Part shown: positions 26,991 through 39,013 of the stretch, piece after piece
Layout: each line of letters begins with the position of its first letter
Numbering within the stretch: the stretch's first letter is position 1
Assembly (NCBI GenBank): GCA_964016885.1
Contig: OZ024743.1
Location: 376,216,001 to 376,280,000 of the forward strand
From: Eledone cirrhosa
Taxonomy: Eukaryota
Reading direction: 5' to 3'
DNA length: 64,000 bases
Translations under genes and position numbers: made by a program
The notes under the pieces: model-generated
Told to the model about the DNA's origin: nothing
The model's input: only the letters and a program-made list of their open reading frames with translations
Databases searched by the model: none

Positions 26991-27884
26991 CGTGTCTGTT
27001 TACGTTCACTATTTGTTTATGTCCTATAACTTAATGGGTCGACAAACGAGATCGATAAAATAAGTACCAGAATTGAAAAAAATAAGTATTGGAGTCAGTA
27101 TCATTTACTGAATCCCTTCAAGGGTATACTCATGACAACAGACTAATGACGGAAATCAGTAAAAGAATAATAAAATATATATACATACATATGCATATAA
27201 TATCAGACTGAACTAATGACAACGGGGCACCAATATGATCGACTGAAAGTATATGAAGGCGTTGCCCCAGTATAGCCGCTCTACAATTATTACAACCAGT
27301 AAAATAGCGAAAGAATAATTTATATAACTTATTTTCGTTGAATATTTAAAGTATATGTTTGTATTAAGAGGTTTTTAAAATAAATTATCTCACCAATAAT
27401 ATATATATAATATAGTGGTTAAAATAGTTAAAAATTATTGATCCACCGAGAAATTTTATACCAGCTACAGGAAATTTATTGATTAGAAAAAATATAAATA
27501 TCATTTTTTAAAACTTCCTTTGTTCTTCGCTACATTAAACTAATTATGCGCCCTTTAGAAAACATATTTAAAAAATTTAAATAAAGTTAATTTAATCTTC
27601 GGGAAAACATATTGTAGTAAGAAAGAAATAGATCCAGTGAATATAGTTTTCCTTCCATTTTTCGAATTCTTTGCTTAAAATTACTCACATGAAAAATATA
27701 TGCACATATACGAACACGTATATACATACTTACACATACAGATATAAGTATATATATACACTCACATATACAGACACAGACACACACATACACACATATA
27801 TAGACATACACTTATACACTCGAACACTCGAACACATATACACAAATATATGCATATGTGTATATATATATATATATAGCAAAA

Positions 27885-28217
27885 AAAAAGAATGAAGAAT
27901 AACATGGTCGGCTGTACAATAGGGTTTATTTACAGTATTAACAATTGTTTCATTAGTCTGGTGTATCTAAAGTCGCTGATCGTTAGAAGTTACGTCATTC
28001 AACCTTAATTACAGTCCATACCCGACCAAATCGTCAGAATACTGATATGTTATTCTTCGTTCTTTTGCTCCAAGAACCGCCTGCTTAAGAACTTCCTTAA
28101 ACCGGACTCCTGACTAAGGAAACTTCTTGTTGAGTCAAACAACGCCGTACGTTAAAACTATCCTCGATACAGAGTACTCATAACCTCTAGCTGGATTACC
28201 TTAAACGATATCTTGTT

Positions 28218-28220
<3 letters not shown>
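27885..28220. mobile_element. Hammerhead-bearing non-coding element (Penelope pLTR-like), family shared with 30642-31140
   Basis: Left part homologous to 30650-30760 and right tail homologous to 30955-31140; inserted in (TA)n. Confidence 0.75.
27933..28044 (-). ncRNA. Type I hammerhead ribozyme with long stem II
   Basis: Minus strand: CAGTATT-CTGACGA-T-TTGGTCGGGT...ACCAGACTAA-T-GAAAC-AATT-GT-T-AATACTG; perfect 7-bp stem I; 79-nt stem II region. Confidence 0.8.
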
Positions 28221-28262
<42 letters not shown>

Positions 28263-28270
28263 TTGTGTGT

Positions 28271-28310
<40 letters not shown>

Positions 28311-28360
28311 ACATACATACACACACACATATATATATACACATACATATATATGTATAC

Positions 28361-28426
<66 letters not shown>

Positions 28427-28428
<2 letters not shown>

Positions 28429-29613
28429 AGATATACTTTAACTTTAATTATATCTCATAAAATAATACAACTGGTTTTTCCACATTATACATATTGTTAG
28501 CACCCCAAACACTTAAATTGGGTTTATATTTTAATATAACCTAATGTTTGTTGAGTGAGATGGTTACCAGTCAGAGTTTAGCTTTAAACTATCTCTGTTA
28601 TTGTATTAAATATTTACTCTTGATTGGCCAGAGGTGTTTATTTCCAGGTACCTTATGAATTTGACTTTCCGTATTTATTACTGTTGTGAAATATTGTGGC
28701 TTTTTTTGGTTGTAACTTCTCTGTTTTTTAGCCTAGGAAAATATATATATATATGCTTACGTATATAATTACATGCATATATGTATTTATTTTCTTTTAT
28801 TAATTGAGTTCTTTACACGAGGAATTAATATTGGTTTTGGAATAACTAATTAACCCGCGTGTGTTTTATATTTTACTCTTAATAATTCGGCCGGAGAATT
28901 ATATTCCCATTTGCCCTTTATAGCATAACTTTCTGCATTTACTGCGGTTATGAGAAGCGGTTCTTATTCGGGTACAACTTCTGATTTAGCCTAAGAAAAT
29001 ATCTATATGCGTGTGTAATTTATACAAGCCTATATTTATTTTTTTATTTTCAATTGAGTTCTTAAACACGTTGGATTGATAATGTTTTCAAAAAAACTAA
29101 TTAACCCGCGTGTATATTATTTTTTTTCCTCATTTCGTGGATTGTGGGTTGTCTCCCCTTCCCGCTTCGTGTCGCTATGATACTTCCTCAGTCAAAAACT
29201 GCTGGAATTTCAAATTTGGCGGTCATTCGAGGTGAGAGAGAGCAACTTTACGGACATGATTTTTGACAGCGGTAAGAAATTGTTTTCTTATATCAATGTT
29301 TAATGGGCTTCCACTGATGATTTATAAGTGCCCACCTAAATATATTCTTACATGAATATATATTAGGCTTCTACATAAACTGGAAACATTCTCCCAAACT
29401 TGTAGAAAACTTATAATGAAACAATTGTTTGGAAAGAGAGATATACTTTAACTTTAATTATATCTCATAAAATAATACAACTGGTTTTTCCACATTATAC
29501 ATATTGTTAGCACCCCAAACACTTAAATTGGGTTTATATTTTAATATAACCTAATGTTTGTTGAGTGAGATGGTTACCAGTCAGAGTTTAGCTTTAAACT
29601 ATCTCTATTATTG

Positions 29614-29618
<5 letters not shown>
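28427..29618 (+). mobile_element. Non-coding retrozyme-like element with 182-bp terminal direct repeats
   Basis: 28427-28608 repeats at 29437-29618 (offset 1010, one mismatch noticed); hammerhead immediately upstream of the second repeat; (TA)n on both flanks; no ORF. Confidence 0.8.
29309..29434 (+). ncRNA. Type I hammerhead ribozyme with long stem II
   Basis: TTCCA-CTGATGA-T-TTATAAGT...ACTTATAA-T-GAAAC-AATT-GT-T-TGGAA; predicted cut after 29429; 97-nt stem II region. Confidence 0.82.
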
Positions 29619-29644
<26 letters not shown>

Positions 29645-29649
29645 CCCAT

Positions 29650-30057
29650 ATACGCTAGATCATTCATTTTCATGTTTTGGAACTGGATTGGTAAGTTTGC
29701 TCAAATGGTGGCAAATATACTTGATACTCGTGGATCATGAATATTCACAAACAGAACGATATTCTCCTCAACGCTTTGACTAAGAGTCCCTAAATATAGA
29801 TATATCCAATCCCCTTGTCCTTTAATTTCAACGTCTATTAAATTCGAGGGATATTTTTGTTGTTTAAGAAAACCACTAAGATCATCAAGACGAAATTGTC
29901 GTAGTTCTGGCTCAAACGTTATTGCACATATTCGTCTTAGCATAGTGCAGAATGCGTCGTTCAATGTATAAGAGGTGGTATGAATACAAGTTCAAAGATT
30001 TATGCGTATCAGTCTTTTTATAAAATGGGTCTATTGTAATGCTGGTATTAAAATTAT
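29650..30057 (-). pseudogene. Penelope-like element RT C-terminal/thumb remnant
   Basis: IDPFYKKTDTHKSLNLYSYH and LRRICAIT.EPELRQFRLDDLSGFLKQQKYPSNLI match the PLE pattern YxKxTxxxxYL..SxHP / RR..IC..L...YP; frameshifted. Confidence 0.75.
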
Positions 30058-30641
30058 ATTCTGTCCACCGGGGCCGTTGGGTGACCAGCGCGTGGGCCCC
30101 CATCTGCTTGTAATAGTGAGAGATGGGGAGAGCAAGAAAGACGGAAGCAGTGAGTGAAAGAGAGAGAACATCAACACTCATTTATTTATTTATAAAGGCA
30201 CAAATCCAGCAAAGTTGTGGGAAGGTCATGGTTGATTAAATCAACCCCAGCACTTGACCAGTACTTTATGTTATTGACCCTGGATGGATGAGAACATCTA
30301 CACCCCTTTGAATTTCTTGTTTAAATTTTGATAAATAAACCTTGTATTGTTAAAAAATAAAAGAAATTATATGATGTCCAAAATATTGCACTTCCTTTCC
30401 ATGGGGTTCTGTTCTAAATTATAATGGTTGGTTGGAAGGGTTTTAGAATATTATGAAATATTTGTAGTTCGCCTTTTTTGTTCCAAAACATAAAACAGTC
30501 GTCGAGAAGACGGTTTTAGTTCTGTAGAAGTCATTTCGATATGAAATCTATATGTACGTTCATTACTAATGTATTGAATACTTTATTTAACTATGGTTCT
30601 ATTCCGTTCTCCTTCGGAAATCCTTTATATATATATATATA

Positions 30642-31139
30642 GTAAAAGTTTGAAGAGTTACATGGTCGGCTGTACAAAAAGGGGCTTTATTTCAGGTATT
30701 AACAATTGTTTCATTGATCAGGTGAGTCTAGAAGCCGCTAATCGCTCGAAGTTGCGTCACTCGATCTCCAATACATTATTTACCTCTGATGAAATCCTCG
30801 GTGTTCTGAGGATTTGATCAGAGGTAAATAATGTATTGGAGATGTATTGGAGATCGAGTGACGTAACTTCGAGCAATTAGCGGCTTCTAGACTCACCTGA
30901 TCAATGAAACAATTGTTAATACCTGAAACAAAGCCCCTTATTGTACAGCCGACCATGTTATTCTTCATTCTTTCACTATTATTACTCCAAGTATAACCTA
31001 CATAGAAATTACCGCGAACTCGCTGCATAACTATGGAAACATCTTGTTGAGTCAAACAACGCCGTACGTTAAAACTATCCACAACGCAGAGTACTCACAA
31101 CCTCTAACTGGATTACCTTTAACGATAACTTGTTATCCC

Positions 31140-31140
<1 letters not shown>
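30642..31140. mobile_element. Palindromic hammerhead-bearing element (inverted pLTR-like arm + direct arm + tail)
   Basis: Arms ~30645-30801 and 30805-30975 are reverse complements (12-bp duplication in the right arm); (TA)n flanks. Confidence 0.8.
30800..30923 (+). ncRNA. Type I hammerhead ribozyme with long stem II
   Basis: GGTGTT-CTGAGGA-T-TTGATCAG...CTGATCAA-T-GAAAC-AATT-GT-T-AATACC; 93-nt stem II region. Confidence 0.8.
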
Positions 31141-31216
<76 letters not shown>

Positions 31217-31489
31217 CAAACAGCACGGACACTCTATCTCAAAATTATTTTTGAAAAGCATTTAGAAATGCGCAACCGGTAAAAACTTAAAAACTTAAAA
31301 CCACAACTGAATACTAACCCATACAATCACTAATACTCTTTTATTCCTAATTAAACCATTTTTCAACTGTGAACAATTTGTCAGCATTTTCTATTCCGTT
31401 TACCAATATATATATATATATATATATGGGATATATATATATATATGGGATATATATATATATATATATGGGATATATATATATATACA

Positions 31490-31548
<59 letters not shown>

Positions 31549-31975
31549 CATAGCTATATTTTAATATATATCTGAAATCAGACAGGGTCTCTTAGCCTTT
31601 ATGTAAATCCAGTACTGCAAATAGGTTTCACATTTACAAGTTAAATAAATTAGTGTTAATATATTTTAATGCAGGGAGCATTAAAAGACTAAAACGTGGA
31701 GGTGGCAGATAATTGAAAATAATTATCTGCTGATAAAAAACAATATTAGTCACAGACTAACATTATGCTGAAACCGGTAATAGACAATTATTAAATATAT
31801 AAATAGATAAATAAATGCCATTGTTAATTAATAAATAAATCAACTAATACCTTAACACTTCACACAAAGTAAAATATTTCGTTTTAATTATTTTCTAACC
31901 CAGAAAAAAGAGAGAAAGAAGTAAAAAGGGAAAACAAAATATTTTTCTTCCTAATAATCGTCTCTTTCTCCCTGT

Positions 31976-32012
<37 letters not shown>

Positions 32013-32372
32013 TCTATGTGTACTAATTGCTATAAATTAATGTTTTGACTCTCGTCTCTTACTCCACTGGACAGCGTTTGGCCTGTGTCAGACGCTGTGA
32101 ACCCGGGTATACTAGCAGTACCGATGGTAGGGGTTGAAACTACAAAAGCACATACCAACGGCCGATGACTCTGGAGTTCTGTGTCTTTCATTTGCATTTT
32201 TATTTTTTTAAGGTTTTCCCTTAAAAAATTGTTTTTCATTCGTTGTATTGTCCTCTTTTTGTTAATTTTCTTAAGTTTATACACACGCACGCAGACACAC
32301 ATGCACATATATATGCATATATATATTTATGTATATATATGTGTGTGTTTAAATGTGTATATATATATATAT

Positions 32373-33580
32373 ATGAAAAAGTTTGTCCTCATCAGTGGCC
32401 ATCCAACCGTCGCAGGCCACATACCTCAGGTTGGTGCGAGCAACGGCTAAAAAAAAGTCGTTGGGACACGTAAATAAAGGGGACGCGAGGGTAAACAAAC
32501 AAAATGGTTTAAGCAGCAGAAAGTGATGAAGAAGGAAACAAGTCCCAGATTTCTATGAATATAAATTCGGTGGAATCGTGAACGAGAGAATAAAGACCAT
32601 CAAACCTGGTTGAAATGTGAGCAAGGAAGGAATTTCGCACAGGTCTAACGGGAGGAAGAAGGGGTCTGGTCTGCGAATTCGGTAAACATAAGTTCTGTGA
32701 AGTCGCAGACGAGAGAGAGAGAAAAAAAAAAAATTCATACCGGCTTGGCCAAGTGCCCGCGAGAAAAGGATTACGGACAGGTCAAACGGGAAGAAAGGGG
32801 AGGAGGAGAAGTAGTGACAGAGAGTGAATGAGTGAAAGGTGAGGAAGAGGCTAACAGAGAGAGAGACTGCTAGAAAGGGTAAAGACACAAAGAACGAAAC
32901 AGACTGGTGGCAGCGGAGGAAAAAATATATGTGTAAATATGATAATAATGGAGCTGCGGCGCTGCAAATGGGTTACATATGAAAAAGTTTGTCCTCATCA
33001 GTGGCCATCCAACCGTCGTAGGCATTTCGTCGCATTAAAGGCCATATACCTCAGGTTGGTGCGAGCAACGGCTAAAAAAAAGTCGTTGGGATACGTAAAT
33101 AAAGGGGACGCTAGGGTAAACAAACAAATGGTTTAAGCAGCAGAAAGTGATGAAGAAGGAAACAAGTCCCAGATTTCTATGAATATAAATTCGGTGGAAT
33201 CGTGAACGAGAGAATAAAGACCATCAAACCTGGTTGAAATGTGAGCAAGGAAGGAATTTCGCACAGGTCTAACGGGAGGAAGAAGGGGTCTGGTCTGAGA
33301 ATTCGGTAAACATAAGTTCTGTGAAGTCGCAGACGAGAGAGAGAGAAAAAAAAAAATTCATACCGGATTGGTCAAGTGCCCGCGAGAAAAGGATTGCGGA
33401 CAGGTCAAACGGGAAGAAAGGGGAGGAGGAGAGGTAGTGACAGAGAGTGAGTGAGTGAAAGGTGAGGAAGAGGCTAACAGAGAGAGAGAGACTGCTAGAA
33501 AGGGTAAAGACACAAAGAACGAAACAGACTGGTGGCAGCGGAGGAAAAAATATATGTGTAAATATGATAATAATGGAGCT
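32373..33580. repeat. Tandem duplication, ~605-bp unit, two near-identical copies
   Basis: ATGAAAAAGTTTGTCCTCATCAGTGGCC starts at ~32373 and ~32979; both copies end ATGATAATAATGGAGCT. Confidence 0.9.
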
Positions 33581-34141
33581 AAATGTATATAAATATATAT
33601 ATATATATATATATTTATATACACACACGTATGTCTGTGTGTGCATGCATGCGTATGTGTGTGTATGTATTTGCGTGTGTGCATGTGTGTGTGTGTTTGA
33701 AACGGAAATTTAAACAGAAATCTGCTTTCTTTTCTTTCCGGTTGCTTATTTCGCTACATATTATATTGGTGTACTACAGAGAAATAAAGATAATTTTTAA
33801 CAATATTGTTAAATGGAATATCATTTAAGCTAAAGTTCTTTTTTAATGGCTTAGTCATAGAAGGAAAACTAATGTTCCTGACCCATTTCAGGGGTTAGGA
33901 AACCAAATGCTACTGACCCTTTTTAGTGGTTAGAAAACCTGCCTGATGGACATTGTGTCACGCACAGATATGTAACTTATATTAAACTACTATTTTGACA
34001 TAAACTGTTTGTATTCTTTTACAAATATGCTTGTAACTCGCCCAATCTTGCTTTAAAAAGTGCTTATTTAAATAAAAATCTTCCGAAATAAATTGACATC
34101 AAAACGTTTTGTTAAATTATGTTCCAAAATACCACCTTCAT

Positions 34142-34332
34142 AATTGTTTCTACGTTAGGCACAAGGCCAGCAATTACCCAGTGTATTACTGGTACTTTAT
34201 TTTATCGACTCCGTAAGCATGAAAGGCAAAGTTAACCTCGGCGGGATTTGAACTCAGAATAGCAAGGGCCGTAACTCTATGCGTCAAAGCATGGCGTCCG
34301 ACGCTCTACCGATACTGCCAATCCACCGCCCT
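34142..34332 (-). mobile_element. tRNA-derived SINE (same family as 1563) with target-site duplication
   Basis: Consensus match; AAATACCACCTTCATA occurs on both flanks. Confidence 0.88.
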
Positions 34333-34936
34333 TAATAAAATACCACCTTCATAGTGAAATGATTTATGATTTTAGTACATCCCTCCAAATTATTCATTAA
34401 TTCGTTAAAATGTCGTGTATTTTATTATGAATTTCGTAATGAAAGGGTTACAGACTTTAACTGTGGTCGTTTTTATCTAAACCGTTCCAGGATCCCTAAT
34501 CTAGAAGTGCCATATTTAATGAGTGATTCTCATATTTAAAACTGTGGGAGCATTAGTCGACGGAGATTTGACTGCTATATCTAGCTGGTAAAGCAGGCGT
34601 GTTAAGAGGAAACATGACAACAGACTTACCAACATAAATAAAGGTTAACCAAGGGAGGTAAATTGCTAGAATAATCAGAACGTCGGCGAGAATACTTAAG
34701 GAATTTTGTTAAAATTCTGCTGCGAAAGATTTATCCCGTATCTTTTTAGGATATCAGTCAAATACTTAGGACGGTGTAATCTACAGGAGATTACCCCCTC
34801 CTCCTCTTCCTCCCAGCAATCCTCCTCGTCCACCCCACCAATTCAACATCTGTGACAGTGTTGCTTAAATTGTAAATCAATGGAACACATGTTACGCGCA
34901 ACATTCAGAATTGTGTAATTATTATGACGATAATAA

Positions 34937-35027
<91 letters not shown>

Positions 35028-35140
35028 CACACACATACACAGACACACATACACATATATATATGTATAAATAATATAGATACATAAATATACATACATA
35101 TAATTATAAATATACGTGTATATGTATATATATATATATA

Positions 35141-35341
35141 TAGGAAAAGGTTTAACCCCGACGGCAGAGCTCAAGCCGTTTCGACCGTTATTTCTGGACC
35201 CAGTGTCCGGAAATAGCCGTCGAAACGGCTTGAGCTCTGCCGTCGGGGTTAAACTTTTTCTATTATCAACTCTACTACCCTAAGTATTGAGTACTCTGGT
35301 GCATTATGGTCCATCTGGTTGCTTACCACATCTCCTCCGTT
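35141..35341. mobile_element. Foldback element with hammerhead 3' half (family shared with 37849-38038)
   Basis: Inverted arms 35141-35198 / 35205-35262; right arm GTC-GAAAC-GGC..GCC-GT-C-GGGG; shared tail CTCTACTACCCTAAGTAT.GAGTACTCTG; (TA)n flanks. Confidence 0.75.
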
Positions 35342-35364
35342 ATATATATATATATATGCATATA

Positions 35365-35508
<144 letters not shown>

Positions 35509-35527
35509 CATATATATATGCATATAT

Positions 35528-36097
35528 ACATGGTGGCTGCCAACTCGTTTTCGAGTACGGCCACTACTTTATATCCATGTAGGAGAACCCCTACCGATGG
35601 GCTGAACGAATGTGACTTTTTAGTCCGGCCAGCAACTTGAAAACTCTGGTACAAACACTTGTGACAATTATTGACACATAGTACTGGGCCCATGGTACCA
35701 TGTGACGACAAGTGCTGAGAGATCTCCAGATATAAAGCAATGCCTCGTGCCGTGAAGCTTTTATAGTGAGCAAAGGCACTGCACAAAGCCAGTCCCACTC
35801 TCTTAACCAAGATGATATTTACCAAAAAGAAGAACAAGTCAACATCATTGGATACCATCAGGGTTGCAGGTGTTAAATCAGAGTTTTACTTCTCCTAGAA
35901 TTCTGCCTTGACAAAGGCTAAGGGGTCATCTCTCCCGGTGATTTTGGATGGCCATTGACTCTTAAGAGCTTCTTTGCCCCTTGACGGGTTTTGTTTTTAG
36001 TCCTGCAGGATGTCCAAAGTCACCCTCCTCACCAAGAAACCTTGGTAGGGTTGCCAGTTTAGTCGCCAACGACCCGACCATGGGACAGGTTGTACTG
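35528..36097 (-). mobile_element. ~570-bp non-coding dispersed retro-repeat with RTE-5'UTR-like segment
   Basis: Closely similar copy at 44024-44594; contains CTAGGAGAAG(G/T)AAAACTCTGAT, recalled as an RTE 5'UTR motif; ends in (TATG/TA)n. Confidence 0.65.
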
Positions 36098-36330
36098 GGA
36101 TGCATATATATATACATATATATATACACACACATATATATACATATATATACATATATATACATATATACATACATATATATATATATATATTTTTTTT
36201 TTGTTGAGTACGTGTTGGTTGTTTACCGACACTTCATTATGCAGGCTGGAGCACTCGATGAAGTACGTAGGTTGGTTTGTTTACTCCGGAGTCAAACATG
36301 TTAAATTTGGCTTCGTTTATTATAAATTCT

Positions 36331-36383
36331 CTGCTATATATATTTCAGTGACAGCTATTATTGGCTGTGACCTCTTCAGACAG
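36331..36383 (-). ncRNA. Short type I hammerhead ribozyme motif
   Basis: Minus strand: CTGT-CTGAAGA-GGTCACAGC-caataata-GCTGTCACT-GAAA-TATATA-T-A-GCAG, followed by AATAAA. Confidence 0.72.
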
Positions 36384-36467
36384 TACGAATTAATGTAAAA
36401 AGAACAGGTAAACATCGTGTTGAAATGTGTTCCACTGTCAATTCATCGTCATGTCCAGCCCCTGGAT

Positions 36468-36665
36468 GTGTTGTTAGTCCTACGAGGAACTGGAATCATA
36501 TGAGCTAGGCTGTCCTGTCTCTGAAGAATTTCAATAGACTTTCGACTGGGGAGTGGTATGACAACTGACCAATGGGGTACGAACGTGTCTTCTGACGCTG
36601 AAATTCGTTTGTTCTAGAACATATGATTCCAGTTCCTCGTAGGACTAACAACAACTCGTAGGACT

Positions 36666-36672
<7 letters not shown>
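36468..36672. repeat. Segment bounded by 34-bp perfect inverted repeats
   Basis: TGTTGTTAGTCCTACGAGGAACTGGAATCATATG / CATATGATTCCAGTTCCTCGTAGGACTAACAACA; last 19 bp duplicated in tandem. Confidence 0.8.
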
Positions 36673-36720
<48 letters not shown>

Positions 36721-36727
<7 letters not shown>

Positions 36728-37194
36728 AATTAAAAAGAACAGAAAGATGCAGTAAAATAGATTTATTCGGTTCTTACGTACGTTTCAATAGACATCAATT
36801 TGCCTAGATCTCGCTACATCTATAATATTATATATTTAGTAGAGCATTCGATATCCAATCACAATCGATCCCATATCATCAGAGATTATCTCTGATGATA
36901 TGGGATCGATTGTGCATTGGATATCGAATGCTCTACTAAATATATAATATTATAGATGTAGCGAGATCTAGGCAAATTGATGTCTATTGAAACGTACGTA
37001 AGAACCGAATAAATCTATTTTACTGCATCTTTCTGTTCTTTTTAATTCTTTATACACGCCCCGGAATATAGCTAAATTGGAATATACACCTTTTTTCTGC
37101 ATTTCGTTGAGCACCACTCTGTTGTAAGCTGACCTTCCACTACACGGTACATAACACTGTGTCCTGGAAAACATTAGTGCAATCGTGCATAACC

Positions 37195-37197
<3 letters not shown>
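36721..37197. mobile_element. Near-perfect ~334-bp palindrome plus tail, hammerhead-bearing
   Basis: Arms 36721-36886 and 36888-37054, 1-nt spacer, one indel noticed; unique tail to ~37197; (TA)n on both sides. Confidence 0.9.
36889..37003 (+). ncRNA. Type I hammerhead motif with long stem II (mirrored on the minus strand)
   Basis: TCT-CTGATGA-T-ATGGGATCGATT...AATTGATGTCTAT-T-GAAAC-GTAC-GT-A-AGA; stem I only 3 bp because it is truncated at the palindrome centre. Confidence 0.65.
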
Positions 37198-37266
<69 letters not shown>

Positions 37267-37763
37267 GCTGTAGGGTTGCAGGTAAATGCGTCCATAGGTA
37301 GTATGACGTTTGAGCACTCGATGCTGGCGAAGAGCAGAGTACAATATTATAAAGAACGAGGAATCTGTATTGCATCATATCACAATTTATTAACAAATAG
37401 ACATACAGACAGACAAACAGACAGACACACACACACACACAGACACACACAGAAAGACACACACACACACACACACATACATACACACACACATATATAT
37501 AGATATATATATAACATGCCAATTTAAAATTATGTCCCGCGTGGTTAAAGTCTTATAATATTAATTTAAAAAAAAGGTGAGCGAACATAACGGAAAAACG
37601 GACAGTCCGTTCTCATCGGTCAAATTATTCTTGTGATTTCGGTTTATTAAGGTCATTATCACTAGCTTCAGTTTAGGTAGGATAGTATCAAACAGACTCT
37701 TCTAGGCTAATAAATTGGGCTATGTTTCCATCTCTTTATGTATATATCTTCATGTATATATGC

Positions 37764-37838
<75 letters not shown>

Positions 37839-37848
37839 TATATATATA

Positions 37849-38038
37849 TAGGAAAAGAGTCAGGACTCCGACGGGTGAGCTCCGGCCGTTTCGACAGCTA
37901 GATCTAGCTGTCGAAACGGCTGGATCTCAGCCTTCGGGGTCCTGACTCTTTTCCTATTACCCACTCTACTACCCTAAGTATCGAGTACTCTGCTGCGTTA
38001 TGGTCCACCTGGTTCATTGCCCCACTTCCTTCGCTTTG
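37849..38038. mobile_element. Foldback element with hammerhead 3' half (family shared with 35141)
   Basis: Palindrome centred on TAGATCTA (~37902); arm GCTGTC-GAAAC-GGCTG..CAGCC; same tail as 35263-35341. Confidence 0.75.
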
Positions 38039-38050
38039 TATATATATATA

Positions 38051-38155
<105 letters not shown>

Positions 38156-38308
38156 ATACTTGGGGAGGGTCATATTTGCGTAATATTGCCAGAATTAATA
38201 ACAGAACACACTCACTGTTTGGTTGGTATTCGCTTCTCGCTGTCTTTTATATCTGCGATCTAACTTACTCGGTCCTCAATGTTGCCATTGACTGACCGAC
38301 GGTCAAAA

Positions 38309-38378
<70 letters not shown>

Positions 38379-38391
38379 CTATATATATATA

Positions 38392-38856
38392 TATACATGA
38401 AAGTACGTATTCTATATTCAATAATATACTGTATGTTTATTTAAAAACATTTTGAAGGCCTTTCGCTATGAATTTAAGATAGCGACTATAGTCACATACC
38501 TAGCTTCAGCAAAAACAAAGGGAAATAACCGACGATCGTTTCTCGCTGTTGAGCGGTTATCAAGGTTATATATCGTTATAAGGTTATGTTTTTGCTGTGA
38601 GCTGTAGAAACTGGATTCTTATAGAACACCAATATTGCTTACAAGCTGTTTAAACTCATTAACATACAGAGCGATTGCCATAACCTTGATAACTGCTATA
38701 CAGCGAAAACGATCATCGGTGATTTCCATTTGTTTTTGCTGAATCTATGTATGTGACTATAGTCGCTACCTTAAATTCATAACGAAAGGCTTTCAAAATA
38801 TTTTAAAATAAATATACAGTATATTATCAAATATACAATACGTACATTCATATATA
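38392..38856. mobile_element. Long imperfect inverted repeat (~180-bp arms) with degenerate hammerhead-like motif
   Basis: Arms 38392-38570 / 38680-38856; reverse strand of the left arm reads TTTTG-CTGAA-GCTA...TAGC-GAAA-GGCC-T-T-CAAAA (core lacks G8A9). Confidence 0.65.
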
Positions 38857-38905
38857 CATCGCTATTTCAGGGCTCCAACACAAATACACACACAGACACG
38901 CACGC

Positions 38906-38951
<46 letters not shown>

Positions 38952-38958
38952 TTATGTA

Positions 38959-39013
<55 letters not shown>

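Noticed and set aside
30786-30800. CTGATGA at 30786 as a separate plus-strand hammerhead core
   Set aside because: It is the reverse complement of the stem II arm within the palindrome; no matching stem II/GAAA/stem I set.
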